Shown here piece after piece: positions 44,873 to 55,056 of a stretch of 64,000 nt of DNA. The stretch is from an uncultured Verrucomicrobiota bacterium. GTDB lineage: Bacteria; Verrucomicrobiota; Verrucomicrobiia; CAIQCK01. Location: positions 9,968-73,967 of the forward strand of contig CAZGGF010000362.1 of NCBI GenBank assembly GCA_964524715.1, in the 5' to 3' direction. How positions within the stretch are numbered: the stretch's first letter is position 1; each line of letters starts with the position of its first letter. Position numbers and translations under genes: made by a program. The notes under the pieces were generated by a model, which did not search any database, was not told the DNA's origin, and saw nothing but the letters and a program-made list of their open reading frames with translations.

Positions 44873-47068
44873 TCATTTCTTCTCGTGGTCACGCCCTGAA
44901 TCAAAACCGGTGATGTGGTTGCCGGTCGATTTGAACCGACCGGTGACGACGATGGCCTGCGTCGCGTTGGTGGCACCGCCGCGCTCAATGAGGTTGTCGC
45001 GGAACAACGACGTGTCACTACCGTGACTGGTGAGTGCGACCGGCTGTGCGCAACCGGTGATGGTGTTGTCGTGGAGATTCCAATTGGCCGAGGGCGCGAA
45101 CACCTCAAAACGGTCACCCACTTTCATCGCGCGCGGCTGCTTGAGTTTGAAGCAAAGCGTCTCGGGATCGAAAGACTCGATGACGGAGGCTCCGTCAGGC
45201 TTCGTGCCGCGAAACCACGCAACATTCCAACCACGATAGCGATGAGACAACCGCCGCTCCAGGGGGATTCTGCCGCGGCGGACAATGAAACTCGTTGAAT
45301 CCACAACCTCGGTGACGGTGGAGAAAGCGGTATCACCCGCGATGCCCTCGCCGCAGTTGCGCAAGAGGTTGTCGTGAACAATGAGGTTGATGGCCGGCTC
45401 AGTCAGGCGGATCGCGGTGACATTGGTGTCGCACGCGCCACGCGTATAAACTTGATTGTCGCTGACGATGACATCGGAAGAGGCGACGTGAATGGCGGTT
45501 CGGGCGCGTGACGGTTCGCCAATGGCCGTCATGTCCATGATGTTGCCGGCGATGGTGCAGTTGCTGGTCGGCAGGCTGCGCTCGTCACCGCCAGCGACAA
45601 CCTCGATGCCGCACGAGTTGTAATTCACGAAAAGGTTGTTGCGGATAATCACCTGCGTGGCGCCGTCGGTGGCGCGAACAATGTAGCCGCCGGGGCGACC
45701 GCCGTAACAAGTGCGGCCCTCGAACACATTGTCCGCGACGATATGCTGGGCGGAACCCAGTTGTTCGAGGTGCTCGGCGCGGCTGCGGATGTTGCCCATC
45801 GCGACGGTGCCGGAGTTGCGGACGTAGTTGCCGATGAACCGCACGAACCGCGAAGCGCCTTCCCACGTGCAACCGCCCACGTCCACGACGCGGCATTGCA
45901 GCACGCTGGTGTTTTCGGCCATGTCGTTGTTGTTGAAAGCGTTCCGGGCGCAATCCACGACGGAGCAGCGCAGGTAGGTAATGGCCCTGGTATAGCTCCG
46001 CGGCTCGCGCGCGCCGCGACGGCTGGAGCCGGCCGAGTAGAAGCACTCGGCTGACATCCGTCGCGCGTGGCAGTTCTCCACCAACACGCGCTCGGTGTTG
46101 CTGATGCCAACCGCGTTGCAGTGTTTGAAATAGAAGCCCCAGACGGCCGTGCCACCCAACGTGCGCATCACACCCGCCCGGTCGCTTTCGTCGAATCCCA
46201 TGTGGCCAACCATGCTGAAATTGCGAAGGGTTACGTCGATGCCGCCCTTCACGTGGAAGCACGAGCCTTCCCCCTCGCTGAGATCAAGCACGGTGCCGGG
46301 CGCATTCTGGCCCTCGATGACGATGGCCGCGGCGTTGTTGACCGTGACCGGCCCCGAGAGGCGGTAGTTGCCAACGGGAACGAAGACATTCTTCTTCTCC
46401 TTGATCGCGCGGTCCACAGCGGACTGCAACGCGACGGTGTCGTTGTGACGAACGACTGCGTCCTTGACCGCGCGCGTCGCGGCATCTTTCAACGTCAGTG
46501 TGTTGCCCTCGATCTTCTCGATCGTGGTGATGAGCTGGTCGCGCGCGATGAAGGTGGCTGTGTAACCGGATTCCCAATCGTGTTTGCCGAAACGGACCTC
46601 GATGCCGCCGCCAAGCGGCTGCCAATCGCCGGTGATCGGCGTCTTCTCGTGCCACGTCCGGCCGAGATCGTCCGTCCAGCGAAAGGTGTGTGACGCGCCG
46701 GCGGGCACATCGAGCACATATACGACCCAGCTGCCCGCGCTGCCATCATAGCCGCGCATCTGGACGAGGTCGCCAACGGGACGTGACTTTGCGTAATCCT
46801 TCCGCGGCCCCCACAGCTTGCCTCCCGTGAATCTGGGGCTGGCCTTCGACACCATCACTCCCTGGCCAACTTTGAAATCGCCGGCGTTCTTGACCGTGAT
46901 CTGCTTCGAGCCCTCACGGGTTGCCGCGATCGTCTCAAACTTCGACCCCGACGCGCCGAAGTCGCAGACGTCGAGCCATGTGTTGGTTTGTCCCGATGCA
47001 ACTGCGAGGCCAAACACCGTAAAGAAGATGAAGGTGGATTGGAATGTGCGGAGAAAGGTGATGTTCAT
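44873..47068 (-). CDS. secreted right-handed beta-helix protein, paralog 1 (pectate-lyase-superfamily-like)
   Basis: Sec signal peptide. N-terminal cap-like DFGASGSKFET...GDFKVGQGVMVS. A second cap-like NDTVALQSAVDRAIKEKKNVFVPVGNYRLS. It has many short repeats with N/G/V periodicity and a C-terminal 110 aa highly similar to three other ORFs in the window. Confidence 0.75.
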   Translation of the reverse strand: MNITFLRTFQSTFIFFTVFGLAVASGQTNTWLDVCDFGASGSKFETIAATREGSKQITVKNAGDFKVGQGVMVSKASPRFTGGKLWGPRKDYAKSRPVGDLVQMRGYDGSAGSWVVYVLDVPAGASHTFRWTDDLGRTWHEKTPITGDWQPLGGGIEVRFGKHDWESGYTATFIARDQLITTIEKIEGNTLTLKDAATRAVKDAVVRHNDTVALQSAVDRAIKEKKNVFVPVGNYRLSGPVTVNNAAAIVIEGQNAPGTVLDLSEGEGSCFHVKGGIDVTLRNFSMVGHMGFDESDRAGVMRTLGGTAVWGFYFKHCNAVGISNTERVLVENCHARRMSAECFYSAGSSRRGAREPRSYTRAITYLRCSVVDCARNAFNNNDMAENTSVLQCRVVDVGGCTWEGASRFVRFIGNYVRNSGTVAMGNIRSRAEHLEQLGSAQHIVADNVFEGRTCYGGRPGGYIVRATDGATQVIIRNNLFVNYNSCGIEVVAGGDERSLPTSNCTIAGNIMDMTAIGEPSRARTAIHVASSDVIVSDNQVYTRGACDTNVTAIRLTEPAINLIVHDNLLRNCGEGIAGDTAFSTVTEVVDSTSFIVRRGRIPLERRLSHRYRGWNVAWFRGTKPDGASVIESFDPETLCFKLKQPRAMKVGDRFEVFAPSANWNLHDNTITGCAQPVALTSHGSDTSLFRDNLIERGGATNATQAIVVTGRFKSTGNHITGFDSGRDHEKK

Positions 47069-47080
47069 GGCAGATGTGGC

Positions 47081-50014
47081 CTAGGGCAACTCTAGCAGCA
47101 ATGGCTTTCTCGACTCAAGAGTGAGCGGGCCTTTGAGCGTCATGGGTTTGCCTGTCACGAGGTCGCGCACTCTCCCAATGGCGCTCTTCGCTTGCAGCAT
47201 GATCTCAACGGCTTGCTTGTTGACGTTGATCAGATAGACGATGCGCTTCCGGCCTTTCTGAGCCGTGCGAAGCTCCACCCCCAAAACCGGCTTGCCATCT
47301 TTTCCGACCACGCGAACAGGCCTTTGGATGCCGGCTTCGTCAAGCAGCTTGTCCAATTGCGGCGCATATTCCTCCGGCGTCGAGCCGGCAAGATGCAGGT
47401 TCTCTGTGAGAAAACCGGGCTGCGTACGCTCGTTGCCATACTCGTCGCAGCGCAGCGATTCGTTTCCAATGACCGCCAACCGGCCTCCGCGTTGGTGATA
47501 CTCACGAATCCTCGCCACAACATCCTCCGGCACGTGTTTCGCAGTCGGGATGACCAGCAGCGCACAGTCAGCCAGCTTCCCTTCGCGAATCATCCGTTCA
47601 GTGACGAAGCCCACCGGGTAATCGAGGAAGTAGAGAGCTTCATAGGCATCGCGGACTTGAAGCGGATACGCCTTGGGATCGTGGATGGCGGATGGCTCGC
47701 TGTAGAAGATGCGCACTTTCCGCTCCAGTTGCGGGAATAGCGCAATGGTATCTGTGAGCCGTCGCAGTTCGAGGACGGTATGCCCCCAGACTTCCAACAA
47801 TTGCGGCTGGGTCAGCAGTCCGCCGAGAAACTCGCCAAAGCGCGGTGTGCCCTCCGGGCTTCTTCCCCACCACCAGAGCAAATGCGCGCCCAAGCCGTGG
47901 AGATGCTCCATCCACAGCGTCGTACGGAAATAGTCCGCTGGCACGCCCAGAGGCGAAATGTGATAGACCGATGTTAGCGTATGGAGTTCAGGATCGAAGA
48001 CAGGTTTCTCCGGACACAGTGACTTGGCGAAGTCGTAGTAGATCATCTCGTCGCGCCAGCCGAGGCTGTACTTGGCCCAATGCGACTCGGGCAGGCGTCG
48101 TGTGGACCGGCCGGCCTCGACAGCAAAGATGCCGCCGTCCCAACCTGACACCGAGCTTTGTCGAATAATGTCCTCGCGGTTCCGCCCATACGCCGGGTCG
48201 AAGCCGCCCAGCGGCGCGCTAACCAGACAACCCGCCGCGGGCCAGCAGGTCCACAAACCGTCCGGGTCCGACTGCTTGATGCCGTCAATTTGTGACTGGT
48301 TGAACCGCGTCAGGCGATCTTCATTGAATGCATTCCAGTCATAAAACTCACCCCGGGTTTGTCGCGTCTGCATCTGGTCTTTCCCGCTGGGCGCAAGCGT
48401 CTGACGGTCATAGTGTCCGCCCTTCGCCGCGGATGATTTCTTCGCCGCGGCTTCCTGGAAATCGCGGTAGCCGGTTCCCCACGCACGATTCAGCGCGGCG
48501 ATCGTTCCATGTTTCGCCTTCAGCCAGTTCTCGTATTGCTGCGCCGTGTGTTTGCCGCGGAATCCCGGATGGCACCACTCCTCGCCCATCAACGAGTAAC
48601 AGAAATTGTTGGGCAGCGCCTTGAGTTGCGCGGCCGCATACTTGAACCACATGCGATTGAACCGTCCGGTCAGCGGATGATCCAGGTCCATGCAGTCGCG
48701 GAACCAACCCTTGTCCTCTTCCAGATCGATGTCCGGCGCAAGCTTCGCCAGCCAGGACGGCGCGCGATAATTCCAAAGGCTTGGGTTCACCAGCATCCCC
48801 TGGGCTTCGGCTGCGTGATAAACCGGAATCACATGCTTCTCGAAATACGATTCGTCAAACGCATCCCATCCGCGCGTGCATCCGTGCGAGATGTGCAGCG
48901 GTCCCAGCAGATTCGCGCCGAGAGCCTTGACTGTTTCGATTTGGGAACCGTCGTCCGATCGAAGCGGAGAACCCAGAATCCCGGAAATAAACACCGGCTT
49001 GTTGCCATCGGAAAATGCGCCATCACGCACGCAAACACGTTGAAGCCCGGCCGGCGGCGTTTTCACACGGAGCGCCGGGCTCTTGATCATTCGCTGCATT
49101 TGCCCGATGGCACGGTCGAGAATCTCTCCCGTCTGCGCAGCCTCGAAGCCGGGCAACGCGTGAATCCTCCGCAATGCTTCTTCGCGACCAAGGATGCGGA
49201 AATCAATCATGTCAGCCGGATAGTCGCTTGCGTCCAGCGAGGCATCCTTGAGAATGAATCCGGCGAACAGCCGTGCAACCGTAAGGCTGACCACCTGGGC
49301 GTCGGCGGGGATTTGCCTCGCTTTCGCAGTCTCGATCAACCGCTCCAGCGTTGCGGCCTTTTCCTCGATGATGGCGACCTTGCGGCGCGCCTCCTCCACT
49401 TCGCGCGGGATCACATACGCCAGCGGGCTGCCTTCGTAGCGCGGCATTCCCTCCGCGCAAGGCGCTGCATGGATGTCGTCAAACCAGGCGACACCGGCAT
49501 GTTTGCCCCGCAACAAGAGAAACACCGACACGCGCCTTGCAGGTTTCGGCAGGGGGATTTTCAGCGAGCGGTATTCCCAATCGTGCGAACCGACGCTGAA
49601 CGGCGCATTCGGACTGTAGAGATTTGTGCCGTCCTCGAAATTGACGTCGATGTAGATCGCATAATTGCCATCCGGCGACCCGGTGACATCCTTTGCCTTG
49701 CTCCAACCACTGATCAGCAACGTGGTCGGTGTCTTGATGCGCGCCACCGGAAGGGAGCAGACCGCCACTGCTCCTTCGCCCTCTCCAGTGGCCGTGAGAC
49801 GGATGCTCTGATTTCCAGTGTGTTTTTCGGCGCGATCAACCACGTAACCTGAACCTTGAGGCTGCCAGGCATTTTTTAGCGCGGCCTCCGAAGCTTCGAA
49901 GCCGGGCTTCTTCACGAGGTTGTCAGACTCCTGCACCGTCCCCTGCTCTGCCGCTCTCACCGGCAAACCACAGAAGACGCCCATCAATAAGATTGATACC
50001 CATCGCTCAATCAT
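47081..50014 (-). CDS. secreted CBM-like module + GH42-like beta-galactosidase-type hydrolase
   Basis: Signal peptide. N-terminal NLVKKPGFE...HTGNQSIRL...GVAWFDDIHA CBM-like module. YENWLKAKHGTIAALNRAWGTGYRDF is typical of GH42-type enzymes. The C-terminal ALLVIPTAKHVPEDVVARIREYHQRGGRLAVIG is like a trimerisation/GATase-like domain. Confidence 0.7.
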   Translation of the reverse strand: MIERWVSILLMGVFCGLPVRAAEQGTVQESDNLVKKPGFEASEAALKNAWQPQGSGYVVDRAEKHTGNQSIRLTATGEGEGAVAVCSLPVARIKTPTTLLISGWSKAKDVTGSPDGNYAIYIDVNFEDGTNLYSPNAPFSVGSHDWEYRSLKIPLPKPARRVSVFLLLRGKHAGVAWFDDIHAAPCAEGMPRYEGSPLAYVIPREVEEARRKVAIIEEKAATLERLIETAKARQIPADAQVVSLTVARLFAGFILKDASLDASDYPADMIDFRILGREEALRRIHALPGFEAAQTGEILDRAIGQMQRMIKSPALRVKTPPAGLQRVCVRDGAFSDGNKPVFISGILGSPLRSDDGSQIETVKALGANLLGPLHISHGCTRGWDAFDESYFEKHVIPVYHAAEAQGMLVNPSLWNYRAPSWLAKLAPDIDLEEDKGWFRDCMDLDHPLTGRFNRMWFKYAAAQLKALPNNFCYSLMGEEWCHPGFRGKHTAQQYENWLKAKHGTIAALNRAWGTGYRDFQEAAAKKSSAAKGGHYDRQTLAPSGKDQMQTRQTRGEFYDWNAFNEDRLTRFNQSQIDGIKQSDPDGLWTCWPAAGCLVSAPLGGFDPAYGRNREDIIRQSSVSGWDGGIFAVEAGRSTRRLPESHWAKYSLGWRDEMIYYDFAKSLCPEKPVFDPELHTLTSVYHISPLGVPADYFRTTLWMEHLHGLGAHLLWWWGRSPEGTPRFGEFLGGLLTQPQLLEVWGHTVLELRRLTDTIALFPQLERKVRIFYSEPSAIHDPKAYPLQVRDAYEALYFLDYPVGFVTERMIREGKLADCALLVIPTAKHVPEDVVARIREYHQRGGRLAVIGNESLRCDEYGNERTQPGFLTENLHLAGSTPEEYAPQLDKLLDEAGIQRPVRVVGKDGKPVLGVELRTAQKGRKRIVYLINVNKQAVEIMLQAKSAIGRVRDLVTGKPMTLKGPLTLESRKPLLLELP

Positions 50015-50018
50015 GACC

Positions 50019-52190
50019 TTACTCCTTTTTTGGCTGCCCTCCCTTCCCGTCGAAGCCGCTGATGTGGTTGTCGATCAACTTGAATTGACCGGTAACGGCG
50101 GCAGCCTGCGTCGCGTGGGTGGCATCGCCGCGCTCAATGAGGTTGTTTCGAAAAAACGACGTGTCGCTGCCGTGGCTGGTCAACACAACCGGTTGCTGGC
50201 AGCCGGTGATGATGTTGTCGTGAATGTTCCAGTTGGCCGACGGCGGAAAGACCTCAATAGAATCACCGACTTGCATGTCGTGAGGCTCCTTCAGCTTGAA
50301 CTGAAGTGCCGTCGCATCGTAGCCATCAATCACAGATTGTCCCGCCGGCTTGTTCGCCTTCAGCCAAACGAGCGTCCAGTTGCGATAGAGATGCGAGGTG
50401 CGCCATTCAAGCGGCAAGCCGATCTGTCGGAACGTGCGCGAGTCGATGACTTCGGTGATCTTCGCGGAAAGCCGTTGTGTCGTGATGCCGCGGCCACAGT
50501 TGCGGATCAGGTTATCGTGCACGTTCACGTTCAGCGCGCCGTCGCGAAATTGAAGACCCGTCACCTTCGGGTCGCATGCGCCGCGCACATAGATCTGGTT
50601 GTCATAAACGAGCGTGTCAGAGGCGCTGACGTTGATGCCGATGCGCGTTGCGGGTTTCTCGCCGGCGTAGGTCAGGTCGATGATGTTGCCGCTGATCGTG
50701 ATGTTGCGCGATGGGTAGTTGTTGTGGACGGTGGCGCTCGCCGCGTGGATGGCGTTGCCGTTGTAGTTGATGAAAAGGTTGTTGGCCACCACGACCTGCG
50801 TGGTGCCGTAGATCACCGTGACACCGCCGCAACGGCCGATGCCTTCAAAGACGTTGTCGCGCACGATGGCCTGGCCGATGCCGAGATCGTGATAATGATC
50901 CAATCGCGGCAGCGTGTGCGGGATATCGCCAATGGTGACGGGGCCGGCATTTCGCACGTAGTTGCCAATGAACCGCACGAATCGGCCCGACCCTTCGTAA
51001 GCGTGCCAACCCGCGCCGTCTATCCGGCAATGCAGAATGCTGGTGTTCTCGGCAAAGTCACAGTTATTGAAGGCGTTTGCGGCGCAGTCGGTCACTGAAC
51101 AACGCAGGAACGTTGCTGATTTCGTGTATTGCTTCGGTTCTTCTGTGCCGCGGCGATAGGGGCCGTAGGAGATGAAACACTCGCTGGCCATGCGGCTGGC
51201 GTGGACGCTCTCGAATAGCACGCGTTCAGTGCCGTTGATGCTGGCGCCGCTGCAGCTTTTCAGCGTGCAGGCCCAGAATGAGAACCCGCTCGATGTCTTG
51301 AACGCGCCCGGTTGTTCCGCCAGCCCCGTGTGGCCGACGAGTTGGAGGTTGCGCACGGTCACCTCCGTGCCTTGAGCGAGAGCGAGACACGCGCCCTGTC
51401 CGTCGGAGATGTCCAGAATCGTGTCCACTGAGCTTTGTCCTTCGATGACGATGGCGCTCGCGTTTCGCACGAACAGGCCGTTGGCCAGCCGGTATCGACC
51501 AACCGGAATGAACACGTTCTTCTTCTCGCGGATGGCGCGGTCAATCGCCACCTGGAGCGCCAGGCTATCACAGTGTCTGACCATGGCGTCGCTGGCTGTG
51601 CGATTCGCTTCGGTTCGGAGCGTCAGAACATTCCCCTCGATCTTCTCGATCACGCTGACAAGCTGGTCGCGCGCGCTGAAACTGACCATGTGTCCCGGCT
51701 TCCAGTCGCGCCGGCTGAATCGCACCTCAACGCCGCCGCCGAGCGGCTGCCAGTCGTATGTGACCGGCACCTTTGTGCCCTTCCAACTCCGCGCGAGGTC
51801 ATCGCTCCAGCGAAACGTCGGACCAGCGCTGTCCATCTCCAACAGGTAAACAATCCAACTGCCCGCGCTGCCGTCGTAGCCGCGAATTTCCAGCCCCGTG
51901 TCCTTGCTGGCGCCGATGTAAGGCTCGCCCGGCCCCCAGAGTGTCGGGTTGACGTAGCGAATGTTGCACCTGGACACCATCACGCCCTGGCCAACCTTGA
52001 AATCGCCCACATTCTTGACAGTGACCTGCTTCGAGCCGGCAGTGGTGGCAGCCTTGGTTTCGAACGCGGAGCCAGATGCGCCACAATCGCGGACATTGAG
52101 CCAGTTGTTCGTCTCGGCAAAAACCGTGCTGCTCGACAACAGTGCAACGCACACAAACGGCACGATGACGGACTTCAGTAGAATTGACAT
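50019..52190 (-). CDS. secreted right-handed beta-helix protein, paralog 2
   Basis: Start placed at ATG 52190 (MSILLKSVIVPFVCVALLSSSTVFA). Same architecture as paralog 1. It lies 4 nt upstream of the 47081-50014 gene. Confidence 0.75.
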   Translation of the reverse strand: MSILLKSVIVPFVCVALLSSSTVFAETNNWLNVRDCGASGSAFETKAATTAGSKQVTVKNVGDFKVGQGVMVSRCNIRYVNPTLWGPGEPYIGASKDTGLEIRGYDGSAGSWIVYLLEMDSAGPTFRWSDDLARSWKGTKVPVTYDWQPLGGGVEVRFSRRDWKPGHMVSFSARDQLVSVIEKIEGNVLTLRTEANRTASDAMVRHCDSLALQVAIDRAIREKKNVFIPVGRYRLANGLFVRNASAIVIEGQSSVDTILDISDGQGACLALAQGTEVTVRNLQLVGHTGLAEQPGAFKTSSGFSFWACTLKSCSGASINGTERVLFESVHASRMASECFISYGPYRRGTEEPKQYTKSATFLRCSVTDCAANAFNNCDFAENTSILHCRIDGAGWHAYEGSGRFVRFIGNYVRNAGPVTIGDIPHTLPRLDHYHDLGIGQAIVRDNVFEGIGRCGGVTVIYGTTQVVVANNLFINYNGNAIHAASATVHNNYPSRNITISGNIIDLTYAGEKPATRIGINVSASDTLVYDNQIYVRGACDPKVTGLQFRDGALNVNVHDNLIRNCGRGITTQRLSAKITEVIDSRTFRQIGLPLEWRTSHLYRNWTLVWLKANKPAGQSVIDGYDATALQFKLKEPHDMQVGDSIEVFPPSANWNIHDNIITGCQQPVVLTSHGSDTSFFRNNLIERGDATHATQAAAVTGQFKLIDNHISGFDGKGGQPKKE

Positions 52191-52197
52191 AATAGGA

Positions 52198-55044
52198 TTA
52201 TTTCCAGTGGTAGATGTGCACGCCGTAAGGACCAAACGTATCCGTGAAACCGCCTTCTTCCGATCGGAGTTGCCGCTTCTCGAAAGGCAACAAGATGCGT
52301 TTCGCCCCGGCGGCGGAGAAACGCACGACAACATCTGCGTTGGCTGAGTTTGCCGCCAGGATGTATTTGTGGCCAGCGTGTTCTTTCAACAACGCGCTGA
52401 TGCTCGGATAACCAAGCGCGTCTTTCGCCGGGCCGCTGAGGATTTGCGGCGGGGGCGGCTGCGGCCCCGTGCGCTCGACCATCACGTCCTGCAGTTGAGA
52501 CAGTTCGCCAGCCAACTCGCAGATGTTCCGCCACGTTTCCGGCGTGTGTGTGACGCCGTGGTTCTTGCCCGTGCCGCCATAGGTGTACCACGTGATGCCG
52601 TGCGCGCCGTGGATGATTGAGAGATAGCTCATCGCCCACAACTCCGCCCGCGTCGGAAACCGTGGCCAACCCCAGCCCTCGAAATCCTGGATGAGCGCCC
52701 AGATGGTTTTGCGCCGCGTGCCGTTCCGAGCCAGATCGCTTGCGATGGTTTTCATGTCGGCAATGACCTGCGGCACGCCTTTGTCGCCGTTGTCGCGGAT
52801 CGGGTAGATCTCCGGCAGGAAACCGTCCGTGGACTTCACGTAGTCCGTGTAACGCGAGGACGGCGGCGAGCCAACGCCGTCGGCCTGCACGGTGATATGC
52901 GCCGGGTCCACGTCATGAATCGCATCCGAAAGCGCGCACAGTTCGTCGTCACCGATGTGGCTTGCCGTGTCGTCGGCCAGATACCACGCCAACAACGCCG
53001 GCTGCGATTCTTCACGCAACACATCCCACAAGACACTTTCAGCGTTCTTGCAGTTTGCGCCGCCGCCGGAGGCGACGAAGAGCTTGATGCCGTGGCGTTG
53101 CGCTGCCGAATAGAACTCCGCGAACGCGGGGCTTCGCGCGCTGTTGTAAGTGTGGGCGAGGTTGAAGCCCGCCGCGCGCAGGTCGCCGAACGCCTTTTCG
53201 AAACTGTCGTCGTTGAACGCTTTTTTCCAAACGGCATATAGCCCAATCGGAAAGAAGGGCTTGCCGTCCACGAGCGTCATGCCGTCGTCGCGCAGCGAAA
53301 CAACGTTTCGCGTGCGCGGCGAGCGCACCAGCAGGAAGAAGTCGCGCCGCATCGCATTACCGGCGAAATCGGACGCGCTCACCGTCATGCGATGGAGATT
53401 GGGCGAATCATCGCGCCGCGCCGGGCGCGGTCCGGCCATCTCGATCTCCGCGATGTCCACGAACGCGCCACCGAAGATATCCGGCTGGTCGAACCCGAAG
53501 CTGATGACGGCGTTGGACGCGCCATCGGGCGCATCCATCTCGTAGACATCCTGGTGCCACCCGGTGTTGGCCGCGCCTAACTCCAGCATCGTCGGTTGTC
53601 CAACAGCAACGCCCTTCGTGTCGAGCCATGTCACGCTGCCGCCGTGTTTTTTTCCACTGCTCATCGCGGCCTTGAGATCCATTGAATGGCGGGTCCAATA
53701 GCCGAGCCGATAGTGCGCGCGCGGGATGACGGGAATCTCGGGCGACTGAACTGAAAAAGACGTGTCGATCCTGTCCGGTTGCCGCGTGATGTGAAATCCC
53801 GGCGGTGCGTCCGGCGTCCGGCGTGCCGTGCGGTCGATGGTGAGCGCGCCATTGTAGTTGCTCACTCGCCAGCGCGCCAACGCGCCGTCAACGGCGGGCG
53901 GCTTGAGTGGACTCGAGGGCCGGTAAACGAATTTGCCACCGGCAAATGCCAACTCGCGGGTCACATCTCTATCATCAAGCGCCAGACGCACTGTCTTGCG
54001 GTCCACTCCGGTCTCATCCGCAAACCGAAACCAGATGGGGGCCTTCGCGTCGGCAGTGCGAGTCGCGCTGTGCGCCGCCAGGCTTGGCGGCTGACAATCG
54101 CGGCCCTGCCACGGTCCGTCGGCAGTGTTGCCGATGGAAACCCTCTTCAACACGGGCGTCTTCGTTGGATCGGCGGTTTCCAGCGTGGCGCTGTAACGAA
54201 CCCACGGCTGATGCTTCTGCGTCTGCCTCCACGCATCGAGTTCCACCGGCTCAGACCAATCACCCGGGCCACCCTGTTCATCTGGCGCGCTGGCGACCCG
54301 AAGTCGTATCGCCGTTCCCGCGGGGATCTCGGCGTTGCAGGTCACGGAACGTGAATCACCTGTCACACGCAACGGGCGCGAGGTCATCGACCCACACCGC
54401 TCGAAGATCGCCGGTTCGACGGGCTGTTCGAATTGGATGTCGTCGAGCGCAAGCCATTCGCCGGGATTCAGGTTCGGGCTGTCAAACCCAATGCGAACCA
54501 CGACACTCGCGGCATTGGCCGGCACGATTCCCGTCAGATTCAGCTCGCGCCACTCGGCCGTTGCGGGACCGAACCGGAACGGCGTTGGCTCCAGCGGTTG
54601 ATCGCTCGCATCGCGCCACTGAAGCTGCGTCAGGCAGTGCCCCTTGTGACCGCTCAACGTGCCAAGCGAAACATTGGCGCGCCAGTGAAGTCGGAACCGG
54701 TAAACGGCGCCGGGCCGCACGCGAACCAGGCGCGAAGAGACCTCGAATGCGGTGTCACCTTTCGCGGATCGGTTCGCGACCCGCAGGCAGTTGCCCGCGC
54801 GTCCCTCGCCCACTACACCGATGTCGAGCGCCTTCCGATAGTTCTCGACCTTCCATTCCTTGATTCCATTCTCAAACCGCTCCGCAAACACCTCTCCCCA
54901 CTGGCGCGCGAGTTGGATTGAACCGCCCACGACCTCGATGTTGCGTCCGTCACAAAAGCTGTCGGAACCCTGAACGGCTGCCGCCAGTGCGCTCAAAACC
55001 AGGAACGATCGAATCATAAGTGGACTCCATCCATTCACGAACAC
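52198..55044 (-). CDS. secreted multi-CBM-like + TIM-barrel glycoside hydrolase (same C-terminal family as 8466-10439)
   Basis: Signal peptide. Three jelly-roll-like N-terminal regions, then DGKPFFPIGLY...LLAWYLADD..., homologous to NGKPFFPLGWY...LLAWYLNDE in the 8466 protein. Confidence 0.7.
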   Translation of the reverse strand: MFVNGWSPLMIRSFLVLSALAAAVQGSDSFCDGRNIEVVGGSIQLARQWGEVFAERFENGIKEWKVENYRKALDIGVVGEGRAGNCLRVANRSAKGDTAFEVSSRLVRVRPGAVYRFRLHWRANVSLGTLSGHKGHCLTQLQWRDASDQPLEPTPFRFGPATAEWRELNLTGIVPANAASVVVRIGFDSPNLNPGEWLALDDIQFEQPVEPAIFERCGSMTSRPLRVTGDSRSVTCNAEIPAGTAIRLRVASAPDEQGGPGDWSEPVELDAWRQTQKHQPWVRYSATLETADPTKTPVLKRVSIGNTADGPWQGRDCQPPSLAAHSATRTADAKAPIWFRFADETGVDRKTVRLALDDRDVTRELAFAGGKFVYRPSSPLKPPAVDGALARWRVSNYNGALTIDRTARRTPDAPPGFHITRQPDRIDTSFSVQSPEIPVIPRAHYRLGYWTRHSMDLKAAMSSGKKHGGSVTWLDTKGVAVGQPTMLELGAANTGWHQDVYEMDAPDGASNAVISFGFDQPDIFGGAFVDIAEIEMAGPRPARRDDSPNLHRMTVSASDFAGNAMRRDFFLLVRSPRTRNVVSLRDDGMTLVDGKPFFPIGLYAVWKKAFNDDSFEKAFGDLRAAGFNLAHTYNSARSPAFAEFYSAAQRHGIKLFVASGGGANCKNAESVLWDVLREESQPALLAWYLADDTASHIGDDELCALSDAIHDVDPAHITVQADGVGSPPSSRYTDYVKSTDGFLPEIYPIRDNGDKGVPQVIADMKTIASDLARNGTRRKTIWALIQDFEGWGWPRFPTRAELWAMSYLSIIHGAHGITWYTYGGTGKNHGVTHTPETWRNICELAGELSQLQDVMVERTGPQPPPPQILSGPAKDALGYPSISALLKEHAGHKYILAANSANADVVVRFSAAGAKRILLPFEKRQLRSEEGGFTDTFGPYGVHIYHWK

Positions 55045-55056
55045 AGACGCTTTGCC

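Noticed and set aside
48509-49852. 447-aa ORF on the plus strand
   Set aside because: It is antisense to the GH42-like gene and is an Arg-rich shadow ORF.
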